A stretch of 62,926 bases of DNA, the filler included, from Sanchytrium tribonematis (taxonomy: Eukaryota): NCBI GenBank assembly GCA_018985235.1. It is 19 parts of 19 records of this genome, joined end to end, with 100 filler letters (N's around TTAATTAATTAA, not from the genome) between each part and the next. Parts side by side here need not be neighbours in the genome. Positions count along the whole stretch, not along the records: positions 1 to 17,341 come from JADGIG010000123.1; 18 more parts are not named here. One strand, given 5' to 3'. A model generated the notes under the pieces. That model saw nothing but the letters and a program-made list of their open reading frames with translations. It was not told the origin of the DNA and did not search any database. A program made the translations under genes and the position numbers. Of this stretch, positions 1 to 11,612 are shown piece after piece; positions within the stretch are counted from its first letter, which is position 1; each line of letters starts with the position of its first letter.

Positions 1-223
1 AAAGTACCGCAAATTGTTTGAAAGTGAGGTGATCTGGTATAATTGTTGACAATGATTTGTCATCATTTACCTCGGTTCCAACAAATAATTTGAGAATTTC
101 ATTTCTACCTAATTTGTCATTATTTGCATAGTAGTTGTATAGCTGCTTAAATGTATGCTGATTGTGAAGGTGAATGGGGGCAGCAGCAAGAAATAACGAT
201 TTTGTAAGAATTTGTCTCAACAT
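1..223 (-). CDS. 5' part of an unknown protein with a mitochondrial-presequence-like N-terminus (MLRQILTKSLFLAAAPIHLH...); runs off the window
   Basis: Manual translation: open frame from ATG 223 to the window edge; GGAGT motif just upstream. Confidence 0.6.
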   Translation of the reverse strand, partial: MLRQILTKSLFLAAAPIHLHNQHTFKQLYNYYANNDKLGRNEILKLFVGTEVNDDKSLSTIIPDHLTFKQFAVL

Positions 224-377
224 TTGTTTTACTCCTAGTAATTTATTTTAAACTCTTCATTTAAAAATCTTGGCCAGGTGAAGAACTTTTAAAATAGCTC
301 TTGCACCTTTTAAAACTTAAATATGAGTCGGCAACTATTGGGCAAATTTATAATTTTAAAATAATTTTCCATACAAG

Positions 378-692
378 ATGAGTGACGCTCAAGATTTGCA
401 ACAATTACAACACATTGCTGAAAATCAATTAGAAGCATATGAAGATTCTATGGCAAGTTCCTCTGATGATTCTTTTGAGGGCGAGGAGTTGCAAAATGAA
501 TTGGATTTATTAGAAACCGACCCTGAAAGACCTGAAATCTTACCACGCAAGACAAGAGGTAAAAAAATTGATTTTAAGCTTGCTGAAGCTCAAATGCAAG
601 AAGAAATTAAGGCATTCAACGAAAAAAATGGGGTAGATCCTATGGAAGTGGAAATTGAGGACGAGGAATATACAGAACCCATTGAAGAGTAA
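378..692 (+). CDS. small acidic protein of unknown function (104 aa)
   Basis: ATG-TAA ORF filling an intergenic slot; stop fused to AATAAA. Confidence 0.65.
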   Translation: MSDAQDLQQLQHIAENQLEAYEDSMASSSDDSFEGEELQNELDLLETDPERPEILPRKTRGKKIDFKLAEAQMQEEIKAFNEKNGVDPMEVEIEDEEYTEPIEE

Positions 693-705
693 ATAAAGTC
701 AATTA

Positions 706-2728
706 TTATATTTTAAAGTAGTTTAGTAGATCATCCAGAAAAACTTGTGCCTCTTCGCAAATGAATGGTTTTGAAATTCTTATCTCAGTCTCCGACAACA
801 GAACTTTCGTTTCTATTTTTTGATTGTAAAGCTGTATGAAAAAAATTTACCTTGGAAAAAACTGTTGCACAATCTAGGTATATTTGAGCTCTCATTTTAT
901 CTTCATCACTTATCCCTAAATTCGAAGTGTTTTGTTTCTTAAATCTTTTCAGTGATTCTTCGGTCTTTTTAATTGTATTTACAACTTCAGTGCTGATTGT
1001 AATAATATAAGCCACAATCTCATTTTTAATCGAGCTCTCGGTAAAAACTTCAATATCCTGATAAATCTTTTCAATATTGAGATGTACGGGTCGTGCCTCA
1101 TTCTTTAATTCCTCGATACCATCAATTATCTCATCCACGTATGTAGATGGAGAAGATATGTCTTTCGATCCCATTCTTACTATGCTAGGTATATTTTTAA
1201 TAGACTGGGCACTTGAAAGCTTCAATTCCATTTTACTTGATAGACTTAGTCTTGATAATTTTTCAAAATCTATTTTCAATTCGTTAAATCTCAAAGAAAT
1301 TAAACTTTTATACTCTTCGTATAGCTCTGTGCCAAGATTTTCTTTACCAGATAAATCCTTCAAATTCGCCAAGATTATAAGTAGATCTGAAAATATTTTA
1401 GCAGAGAAATTTGAAGGTAAATTTCGTAACTTTGAGCCGTTCAAGGTTAAATGGTCAAAAATTAAAAATTTCAAAGAACAAGATACTTCTTGTGTATCAG
1501 GCATAGCTTGAATTGAGGACATCCGATTTAAAATTTCATTCAACTTGCTAAAATACTCAAAATTGAAAGTGCTTTCGCTTTTAGACATTTTGGAAGAATC
1601 AAAATGTAATGACTGCAGGATCTTGGATATCTCCGCTTTTTGTAATTTAGCAAATGGAATCGGATTAAATTTTCTTTTAAATACAATATAACTGGGATGA
1701 TTTGCAAATTCAGATTCTATCTGGAAAGGGTCGATGAAATTTGCTTTGAAAAATGCAAGAAATAACAAAGATTTTTGATAATCTTTTAAATATGATTGAC
1801 TGTTTTCATTGGTGTTTGTAATTTTAAGTTCAGTCAAAAATTTTACAACCAACTGAAAAATATTGTCAAGAATCATAATTGATTTCTCCGAAGCTGAAGA
1901 AAAAGGACACAAAATTTTAGACACCTTGAGAGGGATGCCTGTTAGATAATTTTCAATAATGGAATATTTGATATCAACATTATTTTGATTAACATTTGCA
2001 GTAAGTGTTTTTTGAAGGTCATACATGGGTTCAGAAACTAGCTTTTGCATTAAAGTCGGCAGTGCTTCAGTCCACTTGTCTGACAATTGAAGACATCTAG
2101 AAGTGGACTCTAGACATTCACTAAAAACATCGCTTGTCACCATTTGAGACTTAATAAGTTTCAATTGATCTATTAAAAGTAAACTTTCTTTTTCCAAAAT
2201 TTGTCTAATTGGCTCAAACTTTTTGCTATAGTGTACCTGTCTCTCGGGTAGCAATTCCTTGATAAATGATTGTGTTCTATTTGCGATTAAAATATAATAT
2301 TCTAAACGTTCTAAATTTTCTAAATCAAGAAATGAGCTTACTGTGTTCAATTCTATTTCGGATAAGTAATCGAGGTCTAGCTTAAGGTAATTTTCTGTGA
2401 TCAATAATCGTTTTTGCTCCCTAATTTTTAATAACCTTCCCTCTGGACTATCAGAATCAATATTTTCAATCACCATTGTAGTTTTTGTGGTCATGGCTTG
2501 CACAACATCCAATTCATCCTCAATTTTATCTCCAATAGTTAAGCCATGTTGAATCTTGTGCAATAATTCTTGAAGTTTTAAATAATTTCCATCTAAAACG
2601 GATACTATATCTTTTTGGATTTGTTCAAGATGGTTTTCTAAACGGTTTTCAAAATCATCAATATCTGTTATGGATGCAATAATTTTGTCTAAGTTAATGT
2701 TTTCTTTCTGAAATTCGTGGCGTTCCAT
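706..2728 (-). CDS. COG2: COG complex subunit 2-like; probably 2 exons (2728-851, 831-706)
   Basis: C-terminal PSTYVDEI...VVNTIKKTEESLKRFKK...SDEDKMRAQIYLD motif of Cog2; removing 832-850 opens a further 41 codons. Alternative ATG at 2746. Confidence 0.75.
832..850 (-). other. probable 19-nt spliceosomal intron (GTAAATTTTTTTCATACAG)
   Basis: GT-AG, T12/A14 consensus, open frame after splicing; not strictly required by homology. Confidence 0.7.
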
Positions 2729-2764
2729 GGTTAGTGCCCCAAGCATCAAAAATAACTTCTGGAC

Positions 2765-4568
2765 TTATTTATTGGTAATAAAGGCGTGCTGCAATAATTG
2801 AGTTGCACCTGGTCGACTCTCATAATTGACAATCAAAGATTTATCTAAAAATTGACGTGCCAAATCACTGAGTCCTTCTGGATAGGGAGGAATATTATAG
2901 TTTCCAATTTTAAATATAGCTTCTAGCTGACCAAGTCCAGGCCATGGGTGGTCTCCGGATATCATCTCTATCATAAGGCAAGCCAAGGACCATACATCAC
3001 CTTTTTCCGTATATTTCATTAGTTTTACAACTTCGGGAGCCATCCAATAAACGCTGCCTTTTAAACTCATTCTATTCCCCGCCATAGATAAAGGTTGCTC
3101 TTCGCCTTTTAATTTTGTGCTGATACCAAAATCAGTAATTTTTACACCTCCTTTGTCGTCAACCAAAATATTTCCACTTTTGATATCCCTATGAATAATT
3201 CCTTGGTTGTGAAGATATTCGAGACCCAAAAGACTTTGACCAATAAAGTTTTTCACTAATGGCTCCTCAAAACTTCCATACATTTCAAGCAATCCTTGTA
3301 CCGAGCCACCTAAATTAAAATCGGCTACCTGGAACATATTCTAAAAAGATATTAAGGTAATTTTCCTGAATTTGAGATCCCAAATACCGAACAATGTGGG
3401 GATGATTTAATTGCTTCAGAATTGCAATTTCTTTTTGTAGCGCACGATACATTTTTTTCTTCATTTCAAAATTAGGGCCTTCTTCTGTCGGCATTTCCAC
3501 CATTTTCACAGCTAGAAGCTCACCATTGACCGCATTCATTCCAAGATAAACGGAGCCAAAACTGCCTTTTCCAATTAAGTTGCCTTTGATAAACTTAATT
3601 GGGCCCGCTGATTCTAGGCTTGAGGGCGAGTCTGGTAGGCTCTCTGCTTGATCGTAACTATCTGTATTAATTTTCAGATCCGGTTTTCGATCCGATTTTG
3701 CTCTTCTTGGAGAAGTAGGCTCAGGAGTATTTACAACTGAACTTTGAAGGCTGCTGGGTGAAGAATCCAACATCAAATTTGATACATCAGGAACTTTTGA
3801 AACTCTTCTTAATTCTGCAATTGTATCTCTTGGAAAGTAGTCCTGCAGATGCTGTCCTATGAGAGCTGATGGCGGCCTTGTTCCGAAAAACTTATTCAAT
3901 TTGGTTGACTGCTTAACATCAGCAGATGGCAACTTCCCGTCAAAGTCTTCGCCAAAAAAGTTTTCTAGTTTATGAACTTTTCGTGCTTTGGAGTTTACTG
4001 GAATGTGTCGCTTTCGAAGCACAAGCTTATCTTTGTCGGTTCTTGGATCACGGATAATTGCAAGTAGGTCAGCATCGGAGACTGCTTTACCGGAAGCGTT
4101 AAGTAAGTTGTATTGATTCAAATTAGCTTCTGATGCAGAAAGCCCAAACCGAGACAAAATCTTTTGCATTACATCTTTATAACTCATTTGCTCCGTAACG
4201 CCAACTTGGATTGTCTGGCTATCTTCACCTGTGATTTTCAATATTACTCTATATCTATCTAAAGTTGAGGATGAAGATATATTTTCTTTGCTACTTTGAC
4301 GCAACCGAACCCACGTTCTTTTCAGTTCTTTTACTTTATCCGGATTCAATTGCGGAAGATATCCGTTATATAATCGCCGTATCTCGCTCAAAATTTTAAT
4401 GCGATCTCCGACTTTATGCACTTTCAATTCTTTGAGAAGCGAATGCTCTAGTTTTAATAAACAAAACCCATTTATATGATTCGTGATAAACTGCTCCTGA
4501 TAATGGGACATTTTAATCATATCCAACCAACATAGAACATGATACAAATCCCAATCTTTTACACTCAT
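2765..4568 (-). CDS. STE11: Ste11-like MAPKKK (SAM, Ras-association-like, kinase), 594 aa, 2 exons
   Basis: SAM domain N-terminus, GKGSFG, AVK, HRDIKSGN, DFG, GSVYWMAPE; splicing restores LEYVPGGSV. Confidence 0.92.
3310..3328 (-). other. 19-nt spliceosomal intron (GTAGCCGATTTTAATTTAG)
   Basis: Removal joins the two kinase half-ORFs exactly into EYVPG^GSV. Confidence 0.95.
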
Positions 4569-4721
4569 TTTCAAGGAGAGATTTCACTTGACTCAAAAAT
4601 TAATTTAGCTCTAAATGTACTTGAATAAGCTAATAGAATTGGAAATTTCTTTTTAATCTGAAAAAGTGTTTGAAATTTAGTCTTAAAATATAAGACCAGA
4701 ATTCGAAGGAGATTTGAGGAG

Positions 4722-6224
4722 ATGACAGCAAAGAAGAGACCCGCTGAATGGCAAATAAAAAAGTCAAAGCAAAAAAGAGAGTTAATGATCGAGAAATGTA
4801 AGCAAAGTTGGGAAAAAGCCCGAGTGGGCCATCTTTCTGAAGAAGAAAGAACTCCGTTAATCGAGTTACTTATGTCCCAGATTTCTGGACATATCGAGGA
4901 AGTGGTATTTAAACACGATGCAAGCAGAATCGTACAATGTTGTATCAAGTATGGGAATAAAGAAGATATTTTAAAAATATATACTGAATTAAAACCTCGA
5001 ATGTTAGATTTAATTAAATCAACCTACGGCAAATATATAGTATTGGCATTGCTTAATCATTCTAAAGAAATTAGGATTGAAATTATAGAATTGTTTAAAG
5101 GGCGTGTCGATGAGTTTTTGAAAAAGAAAGACAGTGCTTATATCACTGAGGTTATTTATCATACATACTCATCGCCCAAACAGAAAAAAATTATGATCAA
5201 TGAACTATTTTGCAATCAAGTTAAAAAGTCGCCACAATATTCAGGAATGACATTGACGCAGGTTTTAGAAACCAATGCATCATTAAAAGATGTTATTTAC
5301 TCAAGTATGAAGAAAACTCTTTTCACGTTAATACAAAAAGGCGGATTGGGAGACATGACCATAATTTTAAGAGCTCTTTGGGAATTTTTGAGCTATTTTC
5401 CGGAAGAAGATTTTATTGAACCGCTTCAGGAGCAGATAGTAGAATTTCTTCACCATAAAGATGGTATGAAAATTGCTAATTTTGTATTGCGAAGGTCTGG
5501 TGCTAAGAGTAGAAAGACAGTTTTGAAAAGTTTTAAACCACATTTAAGCAAAATTTGGCAGGACGAATATGGACACATGGTTTTGATTACAGCTTTTGAT
5601 TGTGTTGATGACACAAAAATGGTGCAGAAGGCGCTTATTAGTGATATTTTATTAAAACTTGATGTTTTGGATATTCTCAACAATCAATATGTGAGAAGAG
5701 TTATATTGTATTTGCTAACTCAAAGCTTAGGTATGACACCAAACAATTATCGACAAGATTTTCTCCTTGAAAGGGACTGGTCAAAAGAAACCAGCAAAAA
5801 AGACAATATGGTTAGATTTGAAGAATTGAAAGAAATGTGTTCTAATGATTTTATGGCATTCATAAAATCTAATCTAGGCAAAATGCTTCAAGAAAATTCT
5901 TGCGATCTAATTTTAAATTTGTGTTTGGAAAGTGAAGAGATTTTGACCGAATTAATTAACGATATTGTTGACCTTGTTTCAAATGATATTAAATTGTTGG
6001 AAAACCAGACCATCTCCAAATACTTTTGCAAATTGCTTCGATCTAAATATAATTTACTCATTGTGAAAAAATTAGAACCTGTCCTTGCTTCAAATTTAAA
6101 AAATATTATAGATACTGAAGCTAAATTTGTCATTGGTAATGTTATGAAAGATTCTTCTCTTTTAAAGGCCAGCTTTGAAAATATTAATTGTACTAATGAC
6201 TTTTATCTTAAATTTTTAAAATAA
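4722..6224 (+). CDS. PUF6: Puf6/PUM3 pumilio-repeat ribosome biogenesis protein
   Basis: VFKHDASRIVQCCIKYG, STYGKY, DEYGHMVL...FDCVDDT, TSKKD motifs. Confidence 0.9.
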   Translation: MTAKKRPAEWQIKKSKQKRELMIEKCKQSWEKARVGHLSEEERTPLIELLMSQISGHIEEVVFKHDASRIVQCCIKYGNKEDILKIYTELKPRMLDLIKSTYGKYIVLALLNHSKEIRIEIIELFKGRVDEFLKKKDSAYITEVIYHTYSSPKQKKIMINELFCNQVKKSPQYSGMTLTQVLETNASLKDVIYSSMKKTLFTLIQKGGLGDMTIILRALWEFLSYFPEEDFIEPLQEQIVEFLHHKDGMKIANFVLRRSGAKSRKTVLKSFKPHLSKIWQDEYGHMVLITAFDCVDDTKMVQKALISDILLKLDVLDILNNQYVRRVILYLLTQSLGMTPNNYRQDFLLERDWSKETSKKDNMVRFEELKEMCSNDFMAFIKSNLGKMLQENSCDLILNLCLESEEILTELINDIVDLVSNDIKLLENQTISKYFCKLLRSKYNLLIVKKLEPVLASNLKNIIDTEAKFVIGNVMKDSSLLKASFENINCTNDFYLKFLK

Positions 6225-6292
6225 ATTATTGAATTTTCGTGAAAATTCGCGCCTTTTATACAAGCCTCAAAAAGCCATATTTTTACAATATC

Positions 6293-9233
6293 ATGAACAA
6301 GAAAGTTGTAGCTTTGGAAAACTTTGTGTCGAGCGATAATTTGGCACAGTTTGCTAAAAATTCAATCATTCAAGTAATTCAAGAGGACCCCAGTGGATAT
6401 TACTATTATGGTTTTAATACAGAAAAAAAGGGCGGATGGTTTGTTAAAACTGCAGTAGCAGATTACGTTGAGCCTCCTGTTGTACCTGTAGTAGAGCCTC
6501 CTAAACTTGCACCTGTGTCTTCTGGATTTATGACTCCGGAACAGATGGAAGCTTTGGGAATGCAAAAACCTAAAAAAGTTGCACCCATTGCTCCTGTCAT
6601 AGACAATGCTCAACCAGAATTAAGAAAAGCACCCGCTCCCAGCATACCTGTTGAGAATAATGAGCAAACAATGAGAAGGAAAGCTGCACCACCACCTCCT
6701 CAAAGCACTTTTACGCAAGATGTGATGTCCTCTGGAATTGCTTGGAATGACATGGATAAAATTAACGCATTGATGAACCAAAGCAATTCTGGTTCCCAGT
6801 CTAAGCAAACATCTCTTGGGGAAGGTGAATCGAATTACTCAACAGCTGGAAGAAAAAAAATCGCACCAACGCCTCCAACCACGGATTCACCTTCTTCCAC
6901 ACTTCAGAGGTCTGAAAGCAACCAAAATAACTCTCCACCAGAATCTATGCAGTCATTGGGGAGGAAAAAAGCGCCCCCTCTTCCGACTTCAAGTGACGAA
7001 TTTATTACTAACAAAAAGAGCGCACCAACTATTCCTGAGTCAGAGCCTGTTAACTATTCTTCTATCAATAGAAAAAAGGCACCAGCACCTCCTCCAGAGT
7101 CTGTTCAAATTGACAATGGAAATACCGCTAAAACAAGAAAGGCATCTGCGCCACCTCCACCTCAGCTACAGGCCAACTGGATGAATGTTGACAGTTTAAA
7201 CTCGATGATGAGTCCTATCTCACCTGTTCCGCGTACTACGGACACAGATTTTATTAATTCAAAAAGAACAAGTGCCCTAGATCAATCCGTGTTGGGAAAT
7301 AACTATGCTCAGCCTGTATCAAACGATTATACCTCCAATCCAAGACCCGACCGTAAAACCTCTGTAACTGCAAACGTTGAAAGAGAAAGGTCAGAATCTA
7401 TAAGTATGACAAATTCTAGGCGTAGTACAGTTGGTCAAGGAAACATGTTTTCAGACGCGAATTCGCCCGACATGAATAAATCGACGGGAAATAGAAGCCG
7501 ATCAGACTCCAGCTCAAAGGTCAGTCGAGGAAGAGCTGCTTCTAATGGAAAAGCCATATTGCAGCAAATGGATGTTAATGATTTGGCTTCGGCAAATACA
7601 AGCTTGACTGTGAAAAATGATCAAATGAAATCTATGGACGAACTTCTTGGGCCCTCAGTTAAAAATACTGCGACATTATTTGGTGAATCTAAATCTGCTA
7701 ATCAAAAAAGTCCTCTAGATGATTATGCCGCTCGAAATTTTGGAGCGGATGACAAAGGGTTTACTTGGCAGAAAATCCCTATTAAAAAGCCGATGCATAA
7801 AATTAGCGATACAAATGCGAGAAAATTAGTATTGAATTGCTTTGAATGCATTCTGAGTTATTGCGGTGACGCCTCTGGAAATAGATTTGATGCCGCAAGA
7901 ACAGTAGTTGATATTTCAAAAAGTCCTTTAGCCTCTGATGAAGTTGTTTGCCAGTTATTAAAGCAAACTATTAATAATACCAGTTCTGTGGCAGAATCCT
8001 CAATTAGAGTTTGGGCTTTATTATGTTTGGTGCTAGTCTATGCGGAACCATCATTAGCTTTGAAACAGGCTTTGATTGAACATTTAAAAATTGTTGCGAA
8101 GTATGACAAGCCTTTTGATCAATTGGCTAAAAAATGTATGGAAAATTTACATTTGGCTGGTGTCGAACAAAGAAGAAAAATGTTGCCATCTAACATTGAA
8201 ATATTAGCTTTCGAGCTAACCAAATACTGCATTCCTTTAAAATTGGAATATCCTAATGGTGTATCGAAGTCGTATAATGTCTCGCCGTTTACAAAAGGGT
8301 CCGATGTCTTAACACAGGCTGTCAAATATTTATCGCTACCTGACTTTCTTGATCACGGCATCGCAATTTCAATTGATGAATTGGAGGTGCTGCCAATTCT
8401 TCCGGATGAAAAGGTATTGGACGTTATTGCGATCGTGGAAAAACTCATTGTTGACAAAGATGATAAGAAAGTAGAAGCTTCTCTTGAAACACTAGAAAAG
8501 GCGAAATTCTCTTTAATTCGAAAAGTATGGATGAAAGTAGATCCTCTGTTATTTAACGAAATGGACGAGTGGGAACTTACACAAATTTACAACGAGATTA
8601 GACCCAACTTTATTAGTGGAAACTGGTTGGGTCAACTTCAACTGCAAAAAGATTACTTGGATGTTATGAGTAATTTAGCTGCTACTCGTTCATTAGTTGA
8701 AGGAAAAGGTGATTTAAATTACAATGCTTATTTTCCAAAAGTATATCTGGACTTGCATGATAAGAAAGAAAAAAAGAAAGAAAATTCTGCCGTTCAGGTT
8801 GCATTTGCCAACGCTGTGGAGCAATCTAGGTATGCCAAATCCTTGCAATTAAAAAGAGAGTTTATCAAAGTAGTACACGAATGGGATTTATTTGGAAGCA
8901 GAGTATTTCAAGTTGTATTTGACAGTGATAATAGATTGGCTGGTGACGCTTTTTGCGCTATTAGACCAGATGATGTGTGGTTCTTGGACTCTTCCAGAAA
9001 GCCAATCTCTACTATTAAATATCCCGATATTCAAAAATTAACTTTGGAACAGGGCGGTAGAGAAGTCTTGATAAAGTCTGGAACTGTTGCGCAACAGAGA
9101 GTCATTCGATTCCAGTCTAGACAAGGTTTCGCTATTCAAACTGCGTAGTTATAATTAATTTAGCATAAATATTTACATACAACAGCACAAGCTTTTAGAA
9201 AAAGCTAGACAACCTGCGTCGAAATTACTTTAA
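6293..9233 (+). CDS. SH3 + proline-rich repeats + MyTH4-FERM protein without myosin motor, 973 aa, 2 exons
   Basis: N-terminal SH3 (ALENF...GWF), MyTH4 (DEVVCQLLKQTINN...WALL...RRKMLPS), FERM (WDLFGSRVF); splicing gives AIQTAINIYIQ. Confidence 0.8.
9145..9163 (+). other. 19-nt spliceosomal intron (GTAGTTATAATTAATTTAG)
   Basis: Removes the in-frame TAG and completes the FERM C-terminal helix; frame then open to TAA 9233. Confidence 0.85.
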
Positions 9234-9293
9234 GTAAATTTATTTGAAATATAAAACTTGGCATTCCCCTTGAATTCATTCTTTTACACTTCT

Positions 9294-9557
9294 ATGAAAT
9301 CCAGACTAGATTCATTGCTGAACGAATGTCAATCTTACATGGATGAATTAAGCAACGACATTGACTCGAGCAAATCTAATGATATATCCACCAGCAATTC
9401 GACTGATTCCTTGAGCAATATGTCTAGTAGTTTTTCGACCGAATCACTTACAACTTTCAAATTGGCCAACTTCGAAATGAATGGAGAAGAACTGATAAAC
9501 TTTTTGAAATATCAAAAGCTACTTAGGCTGCCACCAAGAACAAGTTCCAAAAAATAG
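9294..9557 (+). CDS. small Ser-rich protein of unknown function
   Basis: ATG ORF occupying the gap between two genes. Confidence 0.5.
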   Translation: MKSRLDSLLNECQSYMDELSNDIDSSKSNDISTSNSTDSLSNMSSSFSTESLTTFKLANFEMNGEELINFLKYQKLLRLPPRTSSKK

Positions 9558-9608
9558 GGATTTATATACCAAATAAAAATAATTTAATCATTTTTGTAAC
9601 AAAGGACA

Positions 9609-11603
9609 ATGAATTCTAGATTTGACACTTCAATCAAAAATAAGGCAGTTGCAGAATACCAATTAACAGCTGAACATCTCATCAGGGAAGCTTTTGACAA
9701 TCAGACAAAATTGCCATATTTAGACCACAAAATAAAAGACGAGGAAGAATTTGATCACTTGATTTTTATGAAAAGAAAGACATTTGAGGAAGGACTGAGG
9801 CGGACAAAATACAACATCGGGCTTTGGATAAATTATTCCACATTCGAAATGCAATTGAAGAATTGGGATCGCGCAAGAAGTATTTTTGAAAGGATGCTTG
9901 ATATTGACTATCGAAATCTCAAGATATGGTTTAAATATTTAGAAATGGAACTTAGCAACAAACAATTTAATTACGCCAGAAATCTTCTAGAGCGTGCCGT
10001 CAACTTACTCCCGAAAATCGATAACTTTTGGTTAAAATACATTCAGCTCGAAATTAGCCAACGGGAATTTTCCAATGTCATGAAATTGTATGAAAGATGG
10101 CTAGAAAATAAACCAGAGCCTGAAATCTATAGTAAGGCTTGCCAATATTATACCCGCGGAAAACATTACGATTTGGCTCGCAAAGTATTGATCAAACTGG
10201 TTGAAGATTATCCTACGTCTACTTCATGGAAAAGACTATCTGAGTATGAAGAGAGACACGATGGTGAAAGTGCAGCAAGAGGTGTTTATGAAAAATCTTT
10301 GCAGCACTATAAGTCTGATCCTCCACATTCCTTATTATTGAATTTCGCAAAATTTGAACAGCGTTGCAAGCAATTCGAAAGGTGCAGACAAATTTATAAA
10401 TATGCAATGGGAAAGTTTGAAAAAGATCCCGTTGCCAGAACAGCCATAAGTTCGGCATTTCAAACATTTGAAAAGCAAATTGGTGACCCAAGCGGCATCA
10501 ACAATGCAATCGTACTTGAAAAGGCCATGCATTTTGAAGATATTTTAAATTCATCAAATAATGTAGACACTTGGATTGAATATTTGAATATGGAAGAATC
10601 AATATTAAATGACCAGCTTGAATACTTTATCGACTTTGAAACAATCGAGAGTATTAAAGACCTCTCAGTACAAAAACAAGTTCTCAAGATAAGGAATCTA
10701 TACGAACGCTCAATCCGCAATCCTCCAGCTCAAATTAAATCATTTTGGAAAAGGTACTCTTTCTTGTGGATTAAATATTTAATGTTCGAGGAATTGACTT
10801 GTCGCCAAATTGATAACTGTGATAACATTATAGTTAAATGTATTGAATTCATTTCCAACATGCCATTTACGGTTTCCAAATTATGGAATTATTGCGCCCT
10901 TTTCTACATTCGGCAAAAACAGGTAGATAAAGCTCGTAAAATTTTTAAAAAAGGGATTGAAAATTTGCCTACAGGAAGACTGTATATGTATTATATAGAT
11001 TTGGAAACAAATTTACGAAATTTCAAAAATTCTAGATTTTTATTCAACGAATTACTTTGCAAATTTCCAAATAGAATTGAGTCTTATCTAGATTATGCGA
11101 GATTCGAATTGGAAATGGGTGAAACTGATAGAGCCAGAGCGATATTTGAGGTTGCACTTACACAGAATGTTGATCAATCGCAGATTTGGAGAAATTTTAT
11201 TGATTTCGAAGAAGCGTTAGGTGAATACGATAAATGTATATTATTGTTCGAGCGCTTATTGAAAAACAATGTAAATCCTATGGACTACAACTTGTACGGT
11301 CAGTTTTTTGCTAAGATTAATGTTCAAAAGGGTCGTGAAATTTATCAAAAAGCTTATGAACTGATGAAAGAAAAGAATTTAACTGAAAGCAGACTTCAGG
11401 TACTTGAATACTGGAAAAAGTTCGAACTTTCATTTGGTGATGCGTTAAGTCTAAACAATTTACTTGCTAAAATGCCTAAACTCGTCAAAACTAAAACTCT
11501 TTTGGGGGAAAAAGAAGAATATATTTGGCCAGATTCTACTTCCGACAAAGGTACATTAAAACTTTTGGAAATGGCAAAAAAATGGAAGCAATCTCAAGAT
11601 TAA
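9609..11603 (+). CDS. CLF1: Clf1/Syf3/crooked-neck HAT-repeat splicing factor (NTC)
   Basis: IKNK...QLTAEHLIREA N-terminus, RARSIFER HAT repeats, WKRYSFLWIKY, LKLLEMAKKWK C-terminus. Confidence 0.92.
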   Translation: MNSRFDTSIKNKAVAEYQLTAEHLIREAFDNQTKLPYLDHKIKDEEEFDHLIFMKRKTFEEGLRRTKYNIGLWINYSTFEMQLKNWDRARSIFERMLDIDYRNLKIWFKYLEMELSNKQFNYARNLLERAVNLLPKIDNFWLKYIQLEISQREFSNVMKLYERWLENKPEPEIYSKACQYYTRGKHYDLARKVLIKLVEDYPTSTSWKRLSEYEERHDGESAARGVYEKSLQHYKSDPPHSLLLNFAKFEQRCKQFERCRQIYKYAMGKFEKDPVARTAISSAFQTFEKQIGDPSGINNAIVLEKAMHFEDILNSSNNVDTWIEYLNMEESILNDQLEYFIDFETIESIKDLSVQKQVLKIRNLYERSIRNPPAQIKSFWKRYSFLWIKYLMFEELTCRQIDNCDNIIVKCIEFISNMPFTVSKLWNYCALFYIRQKQVDKARKIFKKGIENLPTGRLYMYYIDLETNLRNFKNSRFLFNELLCKFPNRIESYLDYARFELEMGETDRARAIFEVALTQNVDQSQIWRNFIDFEEALGEYDKCILLFERLLKNNVNPMDYNLYGQFFAKINVQKGREIYQKAYELMKEKNLTESRLQVLEYWKKFELSFGDALSLNNLLAKMPKLVKTKTLLGEKEEYIWPDSTSDKGTLKLLEMAKKWKQSQD

Positions 11604-11612
11604 TCGAAGGTC

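Noticed and set aside
6250..6260. GCCTTTTA resembling U5 loop 1
   Set aside because: No flanking stem and only a 68-nt intergenic space
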